A stretch of DNA of 64,000 nucleotides, taken from contig OZ024757.1 of assembly GCA_964016885.1 (NCBI GenBank), positions 38,626,001-38,690,000 of the forward strand, in the 5' to 3' direction. Under the pieces are notes generated by a model. It was not told where the DNA came from, searched no databases, and saw only the letters and a list, made by a program, of their open reading frames with translations. The number at the start of each line of letters is the position of its first letter. Position 1 is the first letter of the stretch. Position numbers and translations under genes: made by a program. This document shows, piece after piece, positions 12,722-27,037 of the stretch. The stretch comes from Eledone cirrhosa. Taxonomy: Eukaryota.

Positions 12722-12917
12722 AAAACGAAGGAAATGTGGTAAGGAACCAGGTGGACCATAACGCACCAAAGTACTCAATACTTGAGGTAGTAGAGTGGGT
12801 AATAGGAACCAGTAAGACCCCGACAGCTGAGCTCAAGCCGTTTCGACGGCTAATTCAGTCCAGAATTAGCCGTCGAAACGGCTTGAGCTCAGCTGTCGGG
12901 GTCTTACTGGTTCCTAT
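12722..12917 (-). mobile_element. Fold-back element family P2 with perfect 55-bp inverted repeat
   Basis: Arms 12802-12856 and 12863-12917 are perfectly complementary, loop AGTCCA. Flanked by (TA)n on both sides; five further relatives in the window. Confidence 0.8.
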
Positions 12918-13658
12918 ATATATATATATATATATGTGTGTTTGTTTGGGTGTATTTATGATTGTATATATATATATATGAGCATACGTATGCCAGGGAG
13001 AGAAATAATGGCGTCTTAGTGGTCTTTACTTAAAATACCAAAAAAACATCCAATACACAACACTACGGGAGAATATATTGGCTGTGTCTCTCTCTGTTTC
13101 TATATAGTATTATATTTCACTATCATTAGAGTGACGTCATAACAGATATCTTTTGATTTGCCATTTCATTGGAAATAAAACTTTGTGAATACCAGTTGCC
13201 TTTACTTTGATTGTACAAACGTATCGTATATATGTAGGCGTGTATATAAACATGCTCGTGTTTGTACAAACCCACATATCTAACTGTCTATGTATAAATA
13301 TATATGATTATATATGTGTTTTTATGTGTGTGTGTATATATATACATATATAACTGTGTATAGGAATATATATATATACATATAGTATATATACAAATAT
13401 ATTATACATATATATTATTTAATAAATATACACGTATATGTTCAGACGTCTCACACACGCTCACATACTCACATACTCACACACGCACACACGCTCACAT
13501 ACTCACACACGCACATACGCACACACTTACACATACTCCCCTCCACTATCATTCACCTGTTTCTATCGATCCGTTAACTTCCTGTCTTCTATTTCCTTTA
13601 CCTTACCAGTCACCATATCCGGTTACACTTTCCCCGACTATCCGGCATATTGCATTGG

Positions 13659-13659
<1 letters not shown>

Positions 13660-13713
<54 letters not shown>

Positions 13714-14383
13714 TCATATATATACATTCATATATATATATAAAAATATATATATATATATATATACATTCATATATATACATTCATATATATATATAAA
13801 AATATATATATATGTATATATACATACATTCATATATATATATAAAAATATATATATATGTATATATACATACATTCATATATATATATAAAAATATATA
13901 TATATGTATATATACATACATTCATATATATATGTATATATATATGTATATACATATATATACATACATTCATATAAATATGTATATATATGTCATATAT
14001 ATATATATATAATGTATATATATACATACATTCATATAAATATGTATATATATGTATATATATATATATACATTCATATATATATATGTATATATATATA
14101 TGTGTGTATGTATATACATATGTGTTAATATATATATATATGAATGTGTTTATGTATATATATATATGAATGTGTGTGTATATATATATGTATACATATG
14201 GATGTGTTTATATATATATATATATATACAATTTATACATATATATATATATGACTGTATATGCATATGAATGTGTATATATATATATACATATATATGA
14301 ATGTGTGTGTATATATATATATTTATATATATATGTGCGTGTGTGTGTGAATTCATATGTGTGTACATATATGTGCCTTACTA

Positions 14384-14440
<57 letters not shown>
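13660..14440. repeat. Compound (TA)n array with CATTCA and TGAATG interruptions
   Basis: Direct inspection. Confidence 0.9.
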
Positions 14441-14441
<1 letters not shown>

Positions 14442-14791
14442 TATCAGTAGTAAGGCACAGGGAGGCAGACATTTAAGAAAGTAATTAAAATGATGAAAAG
14501 TGCAAATATATGAAATTAAATGTAAATTCCTAAATATAGATTAGACATGCAGCAATGAGCGACAGTAGCTCTTGTACAGGTGTTTATTTGAGAGACGTGT
14601 TTACACTCTTTATTGCTATTGTATGTATATTTTTACGACCTGTGTAAATGGTCCCTGTGTTAGCGTATAGATTTGTAGTCAAACTGGAGCGTGTGCTAAA
14701 TATGTTTATATAAAGACAGAGGGCACGCTTCATAAGATTTTACTCACCCACTCTACGGACACTCATATATGTCTGTATATATATATATATA

Positions 14792-14845
<54 letters not shown>

Positions 14846-14863
14846 AATATATATATATATATA

Positions 14864-14983
14864 ATCTAAGGTGAAACAATTGTTCTAAGTATGGTGAACT
14901 AACTGTTGTGTAACCACTTCTATCTAACTCGTCCCACGGACTGAGTGCTTTACCAACACGGATATTACCTTCCAGTGTTCTAC

Positions 14984-14988
<5 letters not shown>
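14864..14988 (+). mobile_element. Short (TA)n-embedded element family P3
   Basis: Starts with GAAACAATTGT (palindromic hammerhead-type stem III). Homologous to 62244-62376. Confidence 0.6.
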
Positions 14989-15040
<52 letters not shown>

Positions 15041-15042
15041 TA

Positions 15043-15313
15043 GGAGATTCCAACCAGGAGATTCCAACCAGAATGGTTGCATTTTTTAAGGGTATGTCAA
15101 TATTTATTTATAAAACTAACCTATATTATATTTTATCTGATGAAAGCGCACCATAGTTTGCTCTGGTGGCACTTGAAATATGTATAATGAAATAAATATG
15201 GTTTTAGAAATATAGTTTCCATTTGTTAATATATTGTATATTTACTCCAATAATTTGTTGAGTGCTTTATAAAAATATTTTCCTTGCTGTATCCCAACAA
15301 ATCAAATATAACC
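15043..15313 (+). mobile_element. PLE-like remnant family P4 containing a hammerhead
   Basis: Homologous to 49311-49490 and, inverted, to 49022-49092. 14-bp tandem duplication GGAGATTCCAACCA at the 5' end. Confidence 0.65.
15130..15194 (+). ncRNA. Minimal type I hammerhead motif
   Basis: ATTTTAT CTGATGA AAG-CGCACCA..TGGTGGCA-CTT GAAA TATGTA T A ATGAAAT. Confidence 0.6.
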
Positions 15314-15518
15314 TCTCTCTCTATATATATATATTTATTAAAATATATATATATATATATATATATACGAAGTATTTCCGTAGGAAGGGTAAAGGAAAGG
15401 CAGACGAGCTCATCACAGACGTCTGTCTTCGTGAAACCTCTCTCTCTATATATATGTATATATATATATATATATACGTATATACACACACACACACACA
15501 CACACGCGTGTGTGTGTG

Positions 15519-15665
15519 AAGGCGTATGGCATAGTGGTTAGAGCATTGGTCTTGCAATCGTAAGGTTGTGAGTTCAATTCTCGGACCCAGTGATGTGTTG
15601 TGTCCTTAAGCAAGACACTTTATTTCACGTTGCTCCAGTTTACTCAGCTGTAGAAATGAGATGCT
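15519..15665 (+). mobile_element. tRNA-derived CORE-type SINE
   Basis: A box TGGCATAGTGG, B box GTTCAATTC, CORE-like TGTGTCCTTAAGCAAGACACTTTATTTCACGTTGCTCCAGT..CTCAGCTGTAGAAATGAG. Confidence 0.8.
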
Positions 15666-16757
15666 AGGACTGGGGTCACTATCATTAAAATCACCCAAGA
15701 CACCTCCAACGAGATATACCTTCGGGGAGGCCAGCTATACCTGCATAGGTGTGAGCTGTAACAACACATATATGGGGGGGGGGGAGATTTATGGCGTTTT
15801 ACAAATAACTATTACAAATAACCTCAAATCCGTTCTACAAAATTATGCAGGGCCATGTAACCTTTTCATACGTTATAACTACTAATGCATTCACTTCAGT
15901 CAAACAGTGCATTTCTTTTTTTTTAGCATTTAAAATACATGATAAACTTTGAATTCAATTCATGGAGATGTACTAATGTTTACACGAGAGACATGTAACC
16001 AATGTTACTCGAGGTCAAATATAGGCGGTTTATACAGTAATTCTAGAAGACATAGATAAATCCAATGGAATCATTCTAGGTACACAGAGACTCCTATGAT
16101 AATAAGATATCTCTACTATAATAACCACTATGCTTTCGATTATTTCTATTATGGGTGGTTAGGGACAAGATATAATAAAACGAGGGATTCTATTCTCTGG
16201 ATATGTATTTGTTTACGAAGTTCTGTGTTCTCTGATGAAATTACACCGCGTTTCATACTGAGTATTCATTGCGTCGGAATTGATTTTGTATTTCATCCCT
16301 TAAGGGTTTAAATAAAACATATAACGTAGAACTACTCGCGAAGGGAGGGTCAAATAAATGGATGACTGTCTTTTCCAGTATATATACGTATGTAGCCTGG
16401 TACGAATGTAAGAATTATTTCTTATTTTTTTTTTAATTTCATTTTTTTTCTTTAATTTTTTTTTTTTTGTTTTAATTATTTTCATTTTTTTAAACATTTT
16501 TTTTTCCTCTGTTTTCAATTTTATTCTTTATTTTTTAAATTATTTTATTTGCTTCTTTCATTTATGATGAGAAAAAAGATAAAGTTCAAGATGGAGGCCT
16601 GCAGAGGATTGATAGAATATTTGCTTCCATTTTTTTTTTTTTTTTTTTTTTTGTGTACTTAATTTAATTCAATTGTATCTGTTAAATAAAGACAAACGGA
16701 ACGAAATGTGGTAAATCAAATTGAAACATCTTAGTAAGTCACGTAGTTTTACTTGCA

Positions 16758-17080
16758 ATCTCTCTCACTCTCTCTCACTCTCTCTCAACCTCTCTCACTC
16801 TCTCTCACTCTCTATCACCCTCTCTCCCTCTCTCTCACTCACTCTCTCTCACTCTCTCTCACTCTCTCTCACTCTCTCTCACTCTCTCTCTATCGCACTG
16901 TTTCTCACTCTCTCTCACTCTCTCTTTATCCCTCACTCTCTCCCCCTCGCGCTCTCTCTCTCTCTCTATCCCTCGCTCTCTCTCTCTCTATCCTTCGCCC
17001 TCGCTCTCTCTATCTCTCTCTCTCTCTATCACTCACTCTCTCTCTACGCATACCTATATATTCACATCTCTCTATATACA
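16758..17080. repeat. Degenerate (CT)n pyrimidine tract
   Basis: Direct inspection. Confidence 0.9.
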
Positions 17081-17170
17081 CATTAATCAATGTATGCAAT
17101 TCTCTATATCCCATCTATTGTTTCTTTCATCGCTCATTTCGCTGGTTCTCACACACACACACACACACAG

Positions 17171-17243
<73 letters not shown>

Positions 17244-17979
17244 CACACATCCCTATATCTATCTATATATATATAGTGTAAAACACTTAACTGAATCGTA
17301 CCGACAATTTATTTCTATTCAATTATTCATTGATTTGCAGCCAAAAGAAACTACATTTTCAACACAGAGTAGAATTAGATAAAAAGGAAATTGCATTTGT
17401 TATTGGAGGAAAAAAAATAAACCTCATTTTAATGAATTCAGGCAAAAGACACGAAAATGAATGTGAGGCCTCTTTCTTAAGATGCTTCTGTCATTATGCA
17501 CATACATGCACACGCTATATATATATATATATATATAATGAGAGAGAAAGGTTTTGCCAGGACGAATTAAAAACTAATAAAATGACAACTGCATGAATAT
17601 ATATATATATGTATACGGAATTTATATAAGTATATACGTTATATATATATATATATGTATATACGTTATATATGTATATACGTTATGTATATATATGTAT
17701 ATACGTTATGTATATATGTATATATATATAAGTGATTTATATATGTATATACGTTATGTATATAAGCAATTTATATATGTATATACTTTATATATATATA
17801 TAAGCAATTTATATATGTATATACGTTATATATATATATATTCATATATATATAAGCAATATATATATGTATATACGTTATATATATATATATATATATA
17901 TATTCATATATATATAAGCAATTTATATATGTATATACGTTATGTATCTTTATATATGTATATAGGTTGTATATATACG

Positions 17980-18016
<37 letters not shown>

Positions 18017-18288
18017 TCATCATCAATATTAGCGAAGAAATTATTTATAAAACTAAATATTGAATACATTCTCTCTACCCTCTTTATTTCGTGTGAATAG
18101 AAGCTTATTTGATATTCGTACGTTTCACATAAACTGATCATATATCTTTCATGGGAAACAGAACAAAACAATTTTAAGGAATTTATTTCTGCATTGTTTT
18201 ATTGTAATTCTCGTAAATTGAAAGGAAGAGAAACAGATCTCATGCTGACGCCTTATATCTATATGCACAACAATCATTAAGATATGGC

Positions 18289-18365
18289 AAACTATATGTA
18301 TGTGTACGTATTTATATATGTATATATATATATATATATAAACTATATGTATGTGTACGTATTTA

Positions 18366-18403
<38 letters not shown>

Positions 18404-18481
18404 ATGTATGTGTACGTATTTATATATGTATATATATATATATATATATATAAACTATATGTATGTGTACGTATTTATATA

Positions 18482-18519
<38 letters not shown>

Positions 18520-18542
18520 ATGTATGTGTACGTATTTATATA

Positions 18543-18580
<38 letters not shown>

Positions 18581-18654
18581 ATGTATGTGTACGTATTTAT
18601 ATATGTATATATATATATATATATATATAAACTATATGTATGTGTACGTATTTA

Positions 18655-18696
<42 letters not shown>

Positions 18697-18722
18697 ATGT
18701 ATGTGTACGTATTTATATATGC

Positions 18723-18755
<33 letters not shown>

Positions 18756-19150
18756 ATGTATGTGTACGTATTTATATATGTATATATATAAACTATATGT
18801 ATGTGTACGTATTTATATATGTATATATATATAAACTATATGTATGTGTACGTATTTATATATGTATATATATATACACTATATGTATGTGTACGTATTT
18901 ATATATGTATATATATATAAACTATATGTATGTGTACGTATTTATATATGTATATATATATACACTATATGTATGTGTACGTATTTATATATGTATATAT
19001 ATATACACTATATGTATGTTTACGTATTTATATATGTATATATATATAAACTATATGTATGTGTACGTATTTATATATGTATATATATATATATAAACTA
19101 TATGTATGTATACGTATTTATATGTATGTGTGTATATATATAAACTATAT
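18289..19150. repeat. Composite minisatellite, about 19 units
   Basis: Unit AAACTATATGTATGTGTACGTATTTATATATG(TA)n. Confidence 0.9.
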
Positions 19151-19548
19151 GCATGTGTGTATATACATATGTGTGTGTGTGTATAGTTCTCCTTTTCGAG
19201 TAATATTTCGATGCACAGGGAGAGGCATTGCTTGTTCAGGGTCTCTTACATGTTTGTGTGACTGGCCATAGCCTAAAACTGTAAATATATATATATATGT
19301 GTATATTTATATATAGGTATACGTATATATATATATGTGTGTATATGTATATATATATATATAATATTTATATATTTATATATATTTATATATATGCATA
19401 TATTTATATATATTTATATATATGCATATATTTATATATATTTATATATATGCATATATTTATATATATTTATATATATGCATATATATATATATTTATA
19501 TATATGCATATATATATATATATTTATATATATGCATATATATATATA

Positions 19549-19742
19549 TAGGGAGTGTAACTTGGAGTTACTGCAGGTTCACACTTTTTTCTTATACCAT
19601 TTTAAAGGGACCGTCGAGCAGCCGATTATTGAGGCGGGTAAGATCGATAGATATGGAACCTTGAGTTGATCAGTGGCGAAACGCACGTCACCTACCAATA
19701 AATTTAATGAAGGAGTAACCAATCGTCCTTGTTATTCTTTCA
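19549..19742 (+). mobile_element. (TA)n-embedded insert with hammerhead-like 3' half and AATAAA
   Basis: GCGAAACGCACGTC ACCT followed by AATAAA. The CUGANGA box is not recognisable. Confidence 0.35.
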
Positions 19743-19776
19743 ATATATATATATAAACGTATATATATATATATAC

Positions 19777-19856
<80 letters not shown>

Positions 19857-20370
19857 GTATATATATATATATATATATATATACGTATATACGTATATAT
19901 ATATATATATATATATACGTATATATATATATATATATATATATACGTATGTATATATATATATATATATACGTATATATATATATATAAGTGTCTGTAG
20001 GAGTCTTTAAGATGGTTTGTTTACAATAATTTATTCATTTAACTGTTTCACAACTTTCCAGATTGTCAAAGGTTGTGATTTAGGAGAGCCCCATATCTCT
20101 CTATCTCTCTTCGCATTTGAAAGTAATGTGTTGTGAAAGTATACCATCTTAAAGACTCCAATTACTTCTTTAACTTCATTCTCCTGTATTGTACCGATGT
20201 AGGCTATAATATAAAAACGATATCTCGGTTGGTCACGCTTTGGGTACCAGCCGGATCAGTCAGAGACGGTTGCTTCTGACATGACCTGCTCGAAGATGAT
20301 TCTGCCCCATCTCCCATGACCCTCGCAGGAATAAGTGGACGAAGAAGAAGGACATATATATATATTATAT

Positions 20371-20580
20371 CACTTTTCGTTGCATTATAATCTTTGTTTG
20401 TTTACTGTCTCGCTCGTTCCACCTATGTACGTGTCCCAGCGATCTTCTTTAGCCGTTGCTCGCACCAACCAGAGGTATATGGTCTTTAAAGCGATGAAAT
20501 ACCAATGAAGGCTGGAAGATCACTGATGAAGGACTAAATTTATTCATATGTAACCCATTTGCAACCACGCAGCACTACAT
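20371..20580 (+). mobile_element. Dispersed repeat family P5
   Basis: TTGCTCGCACCAACC..AGGTATATG..GCGATGAAATA(C/T)CAATGA..ATCACTGA(T/C)GAAGGACTAA, shared with 25385-25582 (+) and 29160-29338 (-). Confidence 0.75.
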
Positions 20581-21277
20581 GTTTTCATAATTTTTATATA
20601 TATATATATGAGAGAGATGGGGTGGGGGAGAAAGAGTGACAAAGAGAGTGACTGACTGACACACACACGCAGTGAAAGATAGAGAGATCGTGAGAGAGAT
20701 AAACGTACGTGGTTGTTTGTGCGAGTCTGTGATTTCTAGCTGAAATATTTGTATTTATCTGGTTACTTAATTTCGTGTGCTGTGTGTTTTCGTTTACCTA
20801 CAATTTTGGTATTGTGATTGGAAAGAAAAGATTGATATTTGCTTGAAGCTTTGTCAAAGTTTAAAGGATGAGGAAAATTTGTTATCCTGCCTGTTTGTAA
20901 ACTAATGAAAATGTGCAATAACTTGGAACTGTATACATTTTGTAAAATCAACAAAGCATGTATCAGTTTTCCAGTTCTTTAAGTTTTTCAAATATCCTAT
21001 GCGTTATCAATCTACAATTGAATATGTAAATAAATTGGAATAGGATATCGTGTCCTTTATTTAAATATAAATTCTATCGTAAGTGGTTTATTTTATGCAT
21101 GAGAGCTTGCTTCTCTTACTTGAACGAAAATAAACCTGCAATTTATTTCATATTTACAAAGCCACAGCAGAAAACCTTCTGAAGGGCGAATAACACGTAT
21201 TGAGGTATATACAAATATATGAATATATATATATATATAAATATATCGCTATCTCTCTCTCTCTCGCTCTTTCTCGC

Positions 21278-21332
<55 letters not shown>

Positions 21333-21714
21333 ATACATACATACATGTATTTCCCTTCTAAGATTTAGATTTATAGCCCATCACTTTGAAATAAATAATT
21401 TGTTTAGTTTCGTATAGTTTTATTTTATTTTTCACAATTTTTACTTGTGAATGTCTTTTGAAGTTGCTTGCCATAAATATTGTCTGTCGTTTCTTTACAA
21501 TTGAAACGAAAAGAAAAAGAAATTAAAGAAACGAAAGAACACAGCAAGATAACAATGAAATAATTTGAAGACATAAATAGTTACTAAACAAACTAGTCAA
21601 AATAATGGCATAGAATTGCTCGTCTACATTCTACTAGTGTTGGGTAATGAAGAAGCTAGATGAATCTGTTAAACTATCTTGATGGTTTTAATGTAATTTA
21701 CTATAATCTCCGAA

Positions 21715-21804
21715 ATATATAATGTAATTTTATATACATATGTATATATGCATATGTATGTATATATATATATGTATTTATATATATGTATATGTATGTA
21801 TATA

Positions 21805-21838
<34 letters not shown>

Positions 21839-21854
21839 TATGTATATATATATG

Positions 21855-21885
<31 letters not shown>

Positions 21886-22364
21886 GTATGTATATATACA
21901 TATATATATATATATGTACATATATATATATGTGTGTAAGTATGTATATGTATATATATATATATATGTGTATATATAAATGTATATGTGTACATATATG
22001 TATATATATGTGTATATATAAATGTATATGTGTACATATATGTATATATATGTGTACATATATGTATTTGTATATTTATATATATATATATATATGTATA
22101 TTTATATATATGTATATTTATATATATGTATATTTATATATATATATATATATGTATATTTATATATATGTATATTTATATATATGTATATTTATATATA
22201 TATATGTATATTTATATATATGTATATTTATATATATGTATATTTATATATATATATATGTATATTTATGTATATTTATATATATATATATGTATATTTA
22301 TATATATGTATATTTATATATATATATATGTATATATATGTATATTTATATATATATATATTTA

Positions 22365-22395
<31 letters not shown>

Positions 22396-22398
22396 ATG

Positions 22399-22485
<87 letters not shown>

Positions 22486-22492
22486 GTATATT

Positions 22493-22524
<32 letters not shown>

Positions 22525-22539
22525 TGTATATATATGTAC

Positions 22540-22570
<31 letters not shown>

Positions 22571-22580
22571 TGTATATATA

Positions 22581-22627
<47 letters not shown>

Positions 22628-23420
22628 TTATGTATATTTATATATATGTATATTTATATATATATATGTATATTTATGTATATTTATATATATGTATATT
22701 TATATATATATATGTATATTTATGTATATTTATATATATGTATATTTATATATGTATATTTATATATATGTATATTTATATATATGTATATTTATATATA
22801 TGTATATTTATATATATGTATATTTATATATATATATATTTATATATATTTATATATATATATTTATATATATGTATATTTATATATATATATATATATT
22901 TATATATATGTATATTTATATATATATATATATGTATATTTATATATATATTATTTATATATATATTTATATATATGTATATTTATATATATGTATATTT
23001 ATATATATGTATATTTATATATATGTATATTTATATATATGTATATTTATATATATGTATATTTATATATATGTATATTTATATATATGTATATTTATAT
23101 ATATGTATATTTATATATATGTATATTTATATATATGTATATATATATATATTTATATATATTTATATATATGTATATTTATATATATATATATGTATAT
23201 ACATATATATATTTATGTATGTATGTATGTATATATATATATATATATATTTATGTATGTATGTATGTATATATATATATAAATTATATGTACATATACA
23301 TTCAGGTGTGTTTGTATGTTTAAATGTATATATTCATGTATATATATATATATATATATATATATTCACGCATCTACACACATACACACACACACATATA
23401 TATATATACACATACACATA
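21715..23420. repeat. 1.7-kb compound (TA)n array with a 14-16 bp TATATATGTATATTTA period
   Basis: Direct inspection; source of the 430-500 aa spurious ORFs. Confidence 0.95.
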
Positions 23421-23592
23421 CACACATCTACATATGTTTAAATTATATTCATTCTTTATCATCTTGAAATATAATTATTCTCCTCTCAATATATATACAC
23501 ACACATAGATTAATTTATAATACTTTTCGATGTTCGCCATCTCCTAACATATGTGTATAGCAGAATATACATATTTTTTTACATTTACTTAC

Positions 23593-23732
23593 CCAATAAC
23601 CGAAATTAATATAATCGTTTTCTCTTGGCAGATATTTGCATCTGTATTAGTAACCGGGTAGTCTTTCAGAGTTCTTTCTATTTCTTGACAACATAATTGA
23701 ATTCTTAAATTATCACTAATGGTAAAACGTTT
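23593..23732 (-). other. Candidate 140-nt coding exon
   Basis: ttaattcttag|AAA...ATTGG|gtaagt. Open frame KRFTISDNLRIQLCCQEIERTLKDYPVTNTDANICQEKTIILISVIG. No partner exon identified. Confidence 0.3.
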
Positions 23733-24552
23733 CTAAGAATTAAAATGGTATGAATATGTTTATATCTTGTATATAAGTTTCACTTCATTTGCATCATTTA
23801 AGATAAAAATCTCGATTTCTTTAATTTTATTTTAATTTTATTTTTGTATTTTATATTATTTTATTTCCCAGCTGTGTTGAATATCATTGGAAATTAAAGC
23901 GTATAGTCGTTATCTTTAACATATATTACATCGAAATATCATTCTGCCTTTCTATTTTTCTGTCATTTCATCAAAATAATTACAAACGTTGTTGAAATGT
24001 CAAAGAAGTATTCTGCATTGCTGCACACCCCCGCTCCCCATTATGATTGTGTGTTGAAGAAGTTCGATTAACTACATTGTAATTTCAGGTTCAAATCTCC
24101 GTCGTGGCACTTTCGATATATATCTTCTACTATAGCCGAAATATGACGATTAATGTATTTAGAATTTAAACTAATAGCAGAAAGTATATATATATATACA
24201 TAATGACAATCTTTGTAAGTTTGAATCTAACTGAACGCAAAAGCAGATATATATATATATGAATAAGGTAAGCCCGAACATAGATTCAAATATCACAGAG
24301 AAAAAGAGGGCGAGGGGGAGGGAGAGAAATGAGGTGCAAAGGAAATGAAACATTGATTACAAGTTAAAATATAGTCTAGATAGATGAGAAACCAAAGGAG
24401 GATGTACTTTATGGAACACCCAAATGATTTAGAAGTCGATCTTACGTAGGAGCAATAACATTAAGAAAGACATAAACAAAAACACAACACTTTGTATTGA
24501 AAATGTTGAAAGTAAGTTTATAAATATAAATTTTCAATAGATTTTTCGTAGT

Positions 24553-24625
24553 CGTCTCAGTGGACTAGCGGTAACTACTGGAGACCGTGGAGATTTGGTC
24601 CTGGGTTCAATTCTCGTCAAGAGGT
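24553..24625 (+). mobile_element. tRNA-like SINE head (decayed)
   Basis: A box TGGACTAGCGG, B box GGTTCAATTC; no cloverleaf evident. Confidence 0.45.
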
Positions 24626-24947
24626 GCGTGTAATCGTTTTCAGATTTTATTTTACATCCCATAGAAAAAACTGAAAAGGCTTACCGGGAACCCTACTTCC
24701 GACCAGGATCACCACCGTCTATGGTTCCTCAAATTAGGCCGCCGAGACAGCTACAAAAGGATAATGAAAATTGATAATTATAAACCTAAAGCTTAGTGTA
24801 TTCATTCATGCAAACCTACATTTATAGACACACACACACCGAAGCATATACACACACTATATATATATAGATAGATATATATATATATAACGTAGTGTTC
24901 GTGTGAGATAAAGAGGGAACCAGAGAGAAATATAGAATTAAGCTGAC

Positions 24948-24987
<40 letters not shown>

Positions 24988-25175
24988 ACACACACACATT
25001 TTATTATAAAAATTCTTCCCACATGACTGGCAGAGACCTCCTGACTTCTTACATATGAAGCAATTGTTTACGATAAATAGTGAGAATAAGGATTTTGTGT
25101 GGGTATAGAGATGCATTAGTTTCTGCTACACTAGCTTCTGTCGACAGTCCACGCACACACACACTCACCCACAAC

Positions 25176-25226
<51 letters not shown>

Positions 25227-25228
25227 AT

Positions 25229-25306
<78 letters not shown>

Positions 25307-25384
25307 CGGTCTGTATCTTGATCGCTCATGAAACCCACCGAGCTGACCAGATAACCATGTTGCTTGTTTATTTTCCTCTCTTCG

Positions 25385-25582
25385 GTTTGCTTTTATCCTT
25401 CTATGTTGTTTACTTGTCTCACTCGCTTTACGCGATTTACTTGTCCCAATAGCTTTTTTTAGTTATTGCTCGCACCAACCTAAGGTATATGATTTTTAAT
25501 GCGATGAAATATCAATGATGGTTTGCAAATCACTGACGAAGGACTAATTTTATCATATGTAACCCATGTGCAACCACGCAGT
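25385..25582 (+). mobile_element. Dispersed repeat family P5
   Basis: Homologous to 20371-20580. Confidence 0.7.
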
Positions 25583-25602
25583 ATTCTTCTTTCTTCTCAT
25601 GT

Positions 25603-25671
<69 letters not shown>

Positions 25672-26568
25672 ACAAAAATGTAAAGCTATAGTTATTTCTT
25701 TAGAAATATGTACGTACTTATTTCATATCGGACCCAAATCTCTTTTACTTTTCATCTGACTATGAAGACAACATAACTACTAGTTATTAAAACTGTAAAG
25801 GTTTCTTGTAATTCTTAATATTTTCTAATGGTTCTGTTTGTGGTGTCCACACACTAATATATATATATATGTGTGTGTGTGTGTGGGCCATTAACAAAAA
25901 CTAGTATCACACTTTCACAGACATCAGATGTAATATATGCGTTGAATCATTATAAAGTTTCTTCTTTGGCATGAAATTAGTCCTTTAATAATACAAATAT
26001 ATATATTTTAGATTCATCTAGCGGATTAATCTATTCCTCATCGAATTACAATTTCTTGCTTATGGATTTCCTTGACGGAGTTCTCATTATATACATGAAA
26101 ATAGAAAATAAAATCCGCAGCTCTTGTTAATCCGGACGATCAAAGTCGAATAATAATTAATCATGATATATATAAGCGAAACGACTACATTTATGCTTAA
26201 GTGGTAGCGAAATCAGTAATAATGAATGAGGTTAGATCAATGTCAGATATTCCTACGTATTTGTAATAATTAATTCGTATATTAGGTTATATTGAATCTA
26301 AGGAATGCGTAATTATATGACGGTTGTTTGACTGAATCTAGATTATACGGCCAGCTCAAAAATACGGCGAGAGTCTACAAGGATGAAATATATCTGCGTT
26401 AAATATACGCCATGAATCATAGTTGCTGATCCTTGGTTTTCATTGCATAAATCATCTCATCCATATTACAGTATTACATTAGCAGTCGCATTAATATTAT
26501 GCAGAGCCGGTGTTAGGACATGATTAGAAGTGTATATTTGACAGTATTTACAAATATATGTACAATTA

Positions 26569-26653
<85 letters not shown>

Positions 26654-26881
26654 TATAATTGTATATTTATATATACTAAAAATTACCATATAACATAAAA
26701 TGACTCAATATGTGAATATGTATATCTGGAGACTGCAGAGGAAATCCGCTAAGTTTTCCGAGACGACAGAATGTTTTCTACCATATTTAACGGGACATCA
26801 CATAGTTGGTTGAATGACATGCTAGAATTAGCAGCTAAATAGTAATATGACAACGAAAAATATATATTTGCCTTGTTTAAA

Positions 26882-27037
26882 TCTGGTAAATTAGCAGTCC
26901 TTAGAACGTCGCATAGAATACTTTGTGGTATTCTGACCGTCTCTCTGATCGTAGTGTTCAAATCTCACCGAGGTCAAATTTTCCTTTCATCCTTTCGAGG
27001 TCGAGAGAATTGATCCAATCTAGTACTGGAGTCGATT
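26882..27037 (+). mobile_element. Old SINE family A-related copy
   Basis: GTTCAAATCTCACCGAGGTCAAATTTTCCTTTCATCCTTTCGAGGTCGA. A further decayed copy lies at about 27290-27490. Confidence 0.65.

Noticed and set aside
15362-15425. Further hammerhead-like strings (also near 150-185, 16235-16285, 25100-25150, 44235, 52560)
   Set aside because: Core boxes or stems too degenerate to count.
15519-15590. tRNA gene (also 8762, 24553, 33681)
   Set aside because: A and B boxes are present but there is no acceptor stem or cloverleaf, and at 15519 and 33681 the sequence runs on into SINE body.
18289-19150. Repeat-spacer pattern suggestive of a CRISPR array
   Set aside because: The spacers are only (TA)n, the context is eukaryotic, and there are no cas genes.
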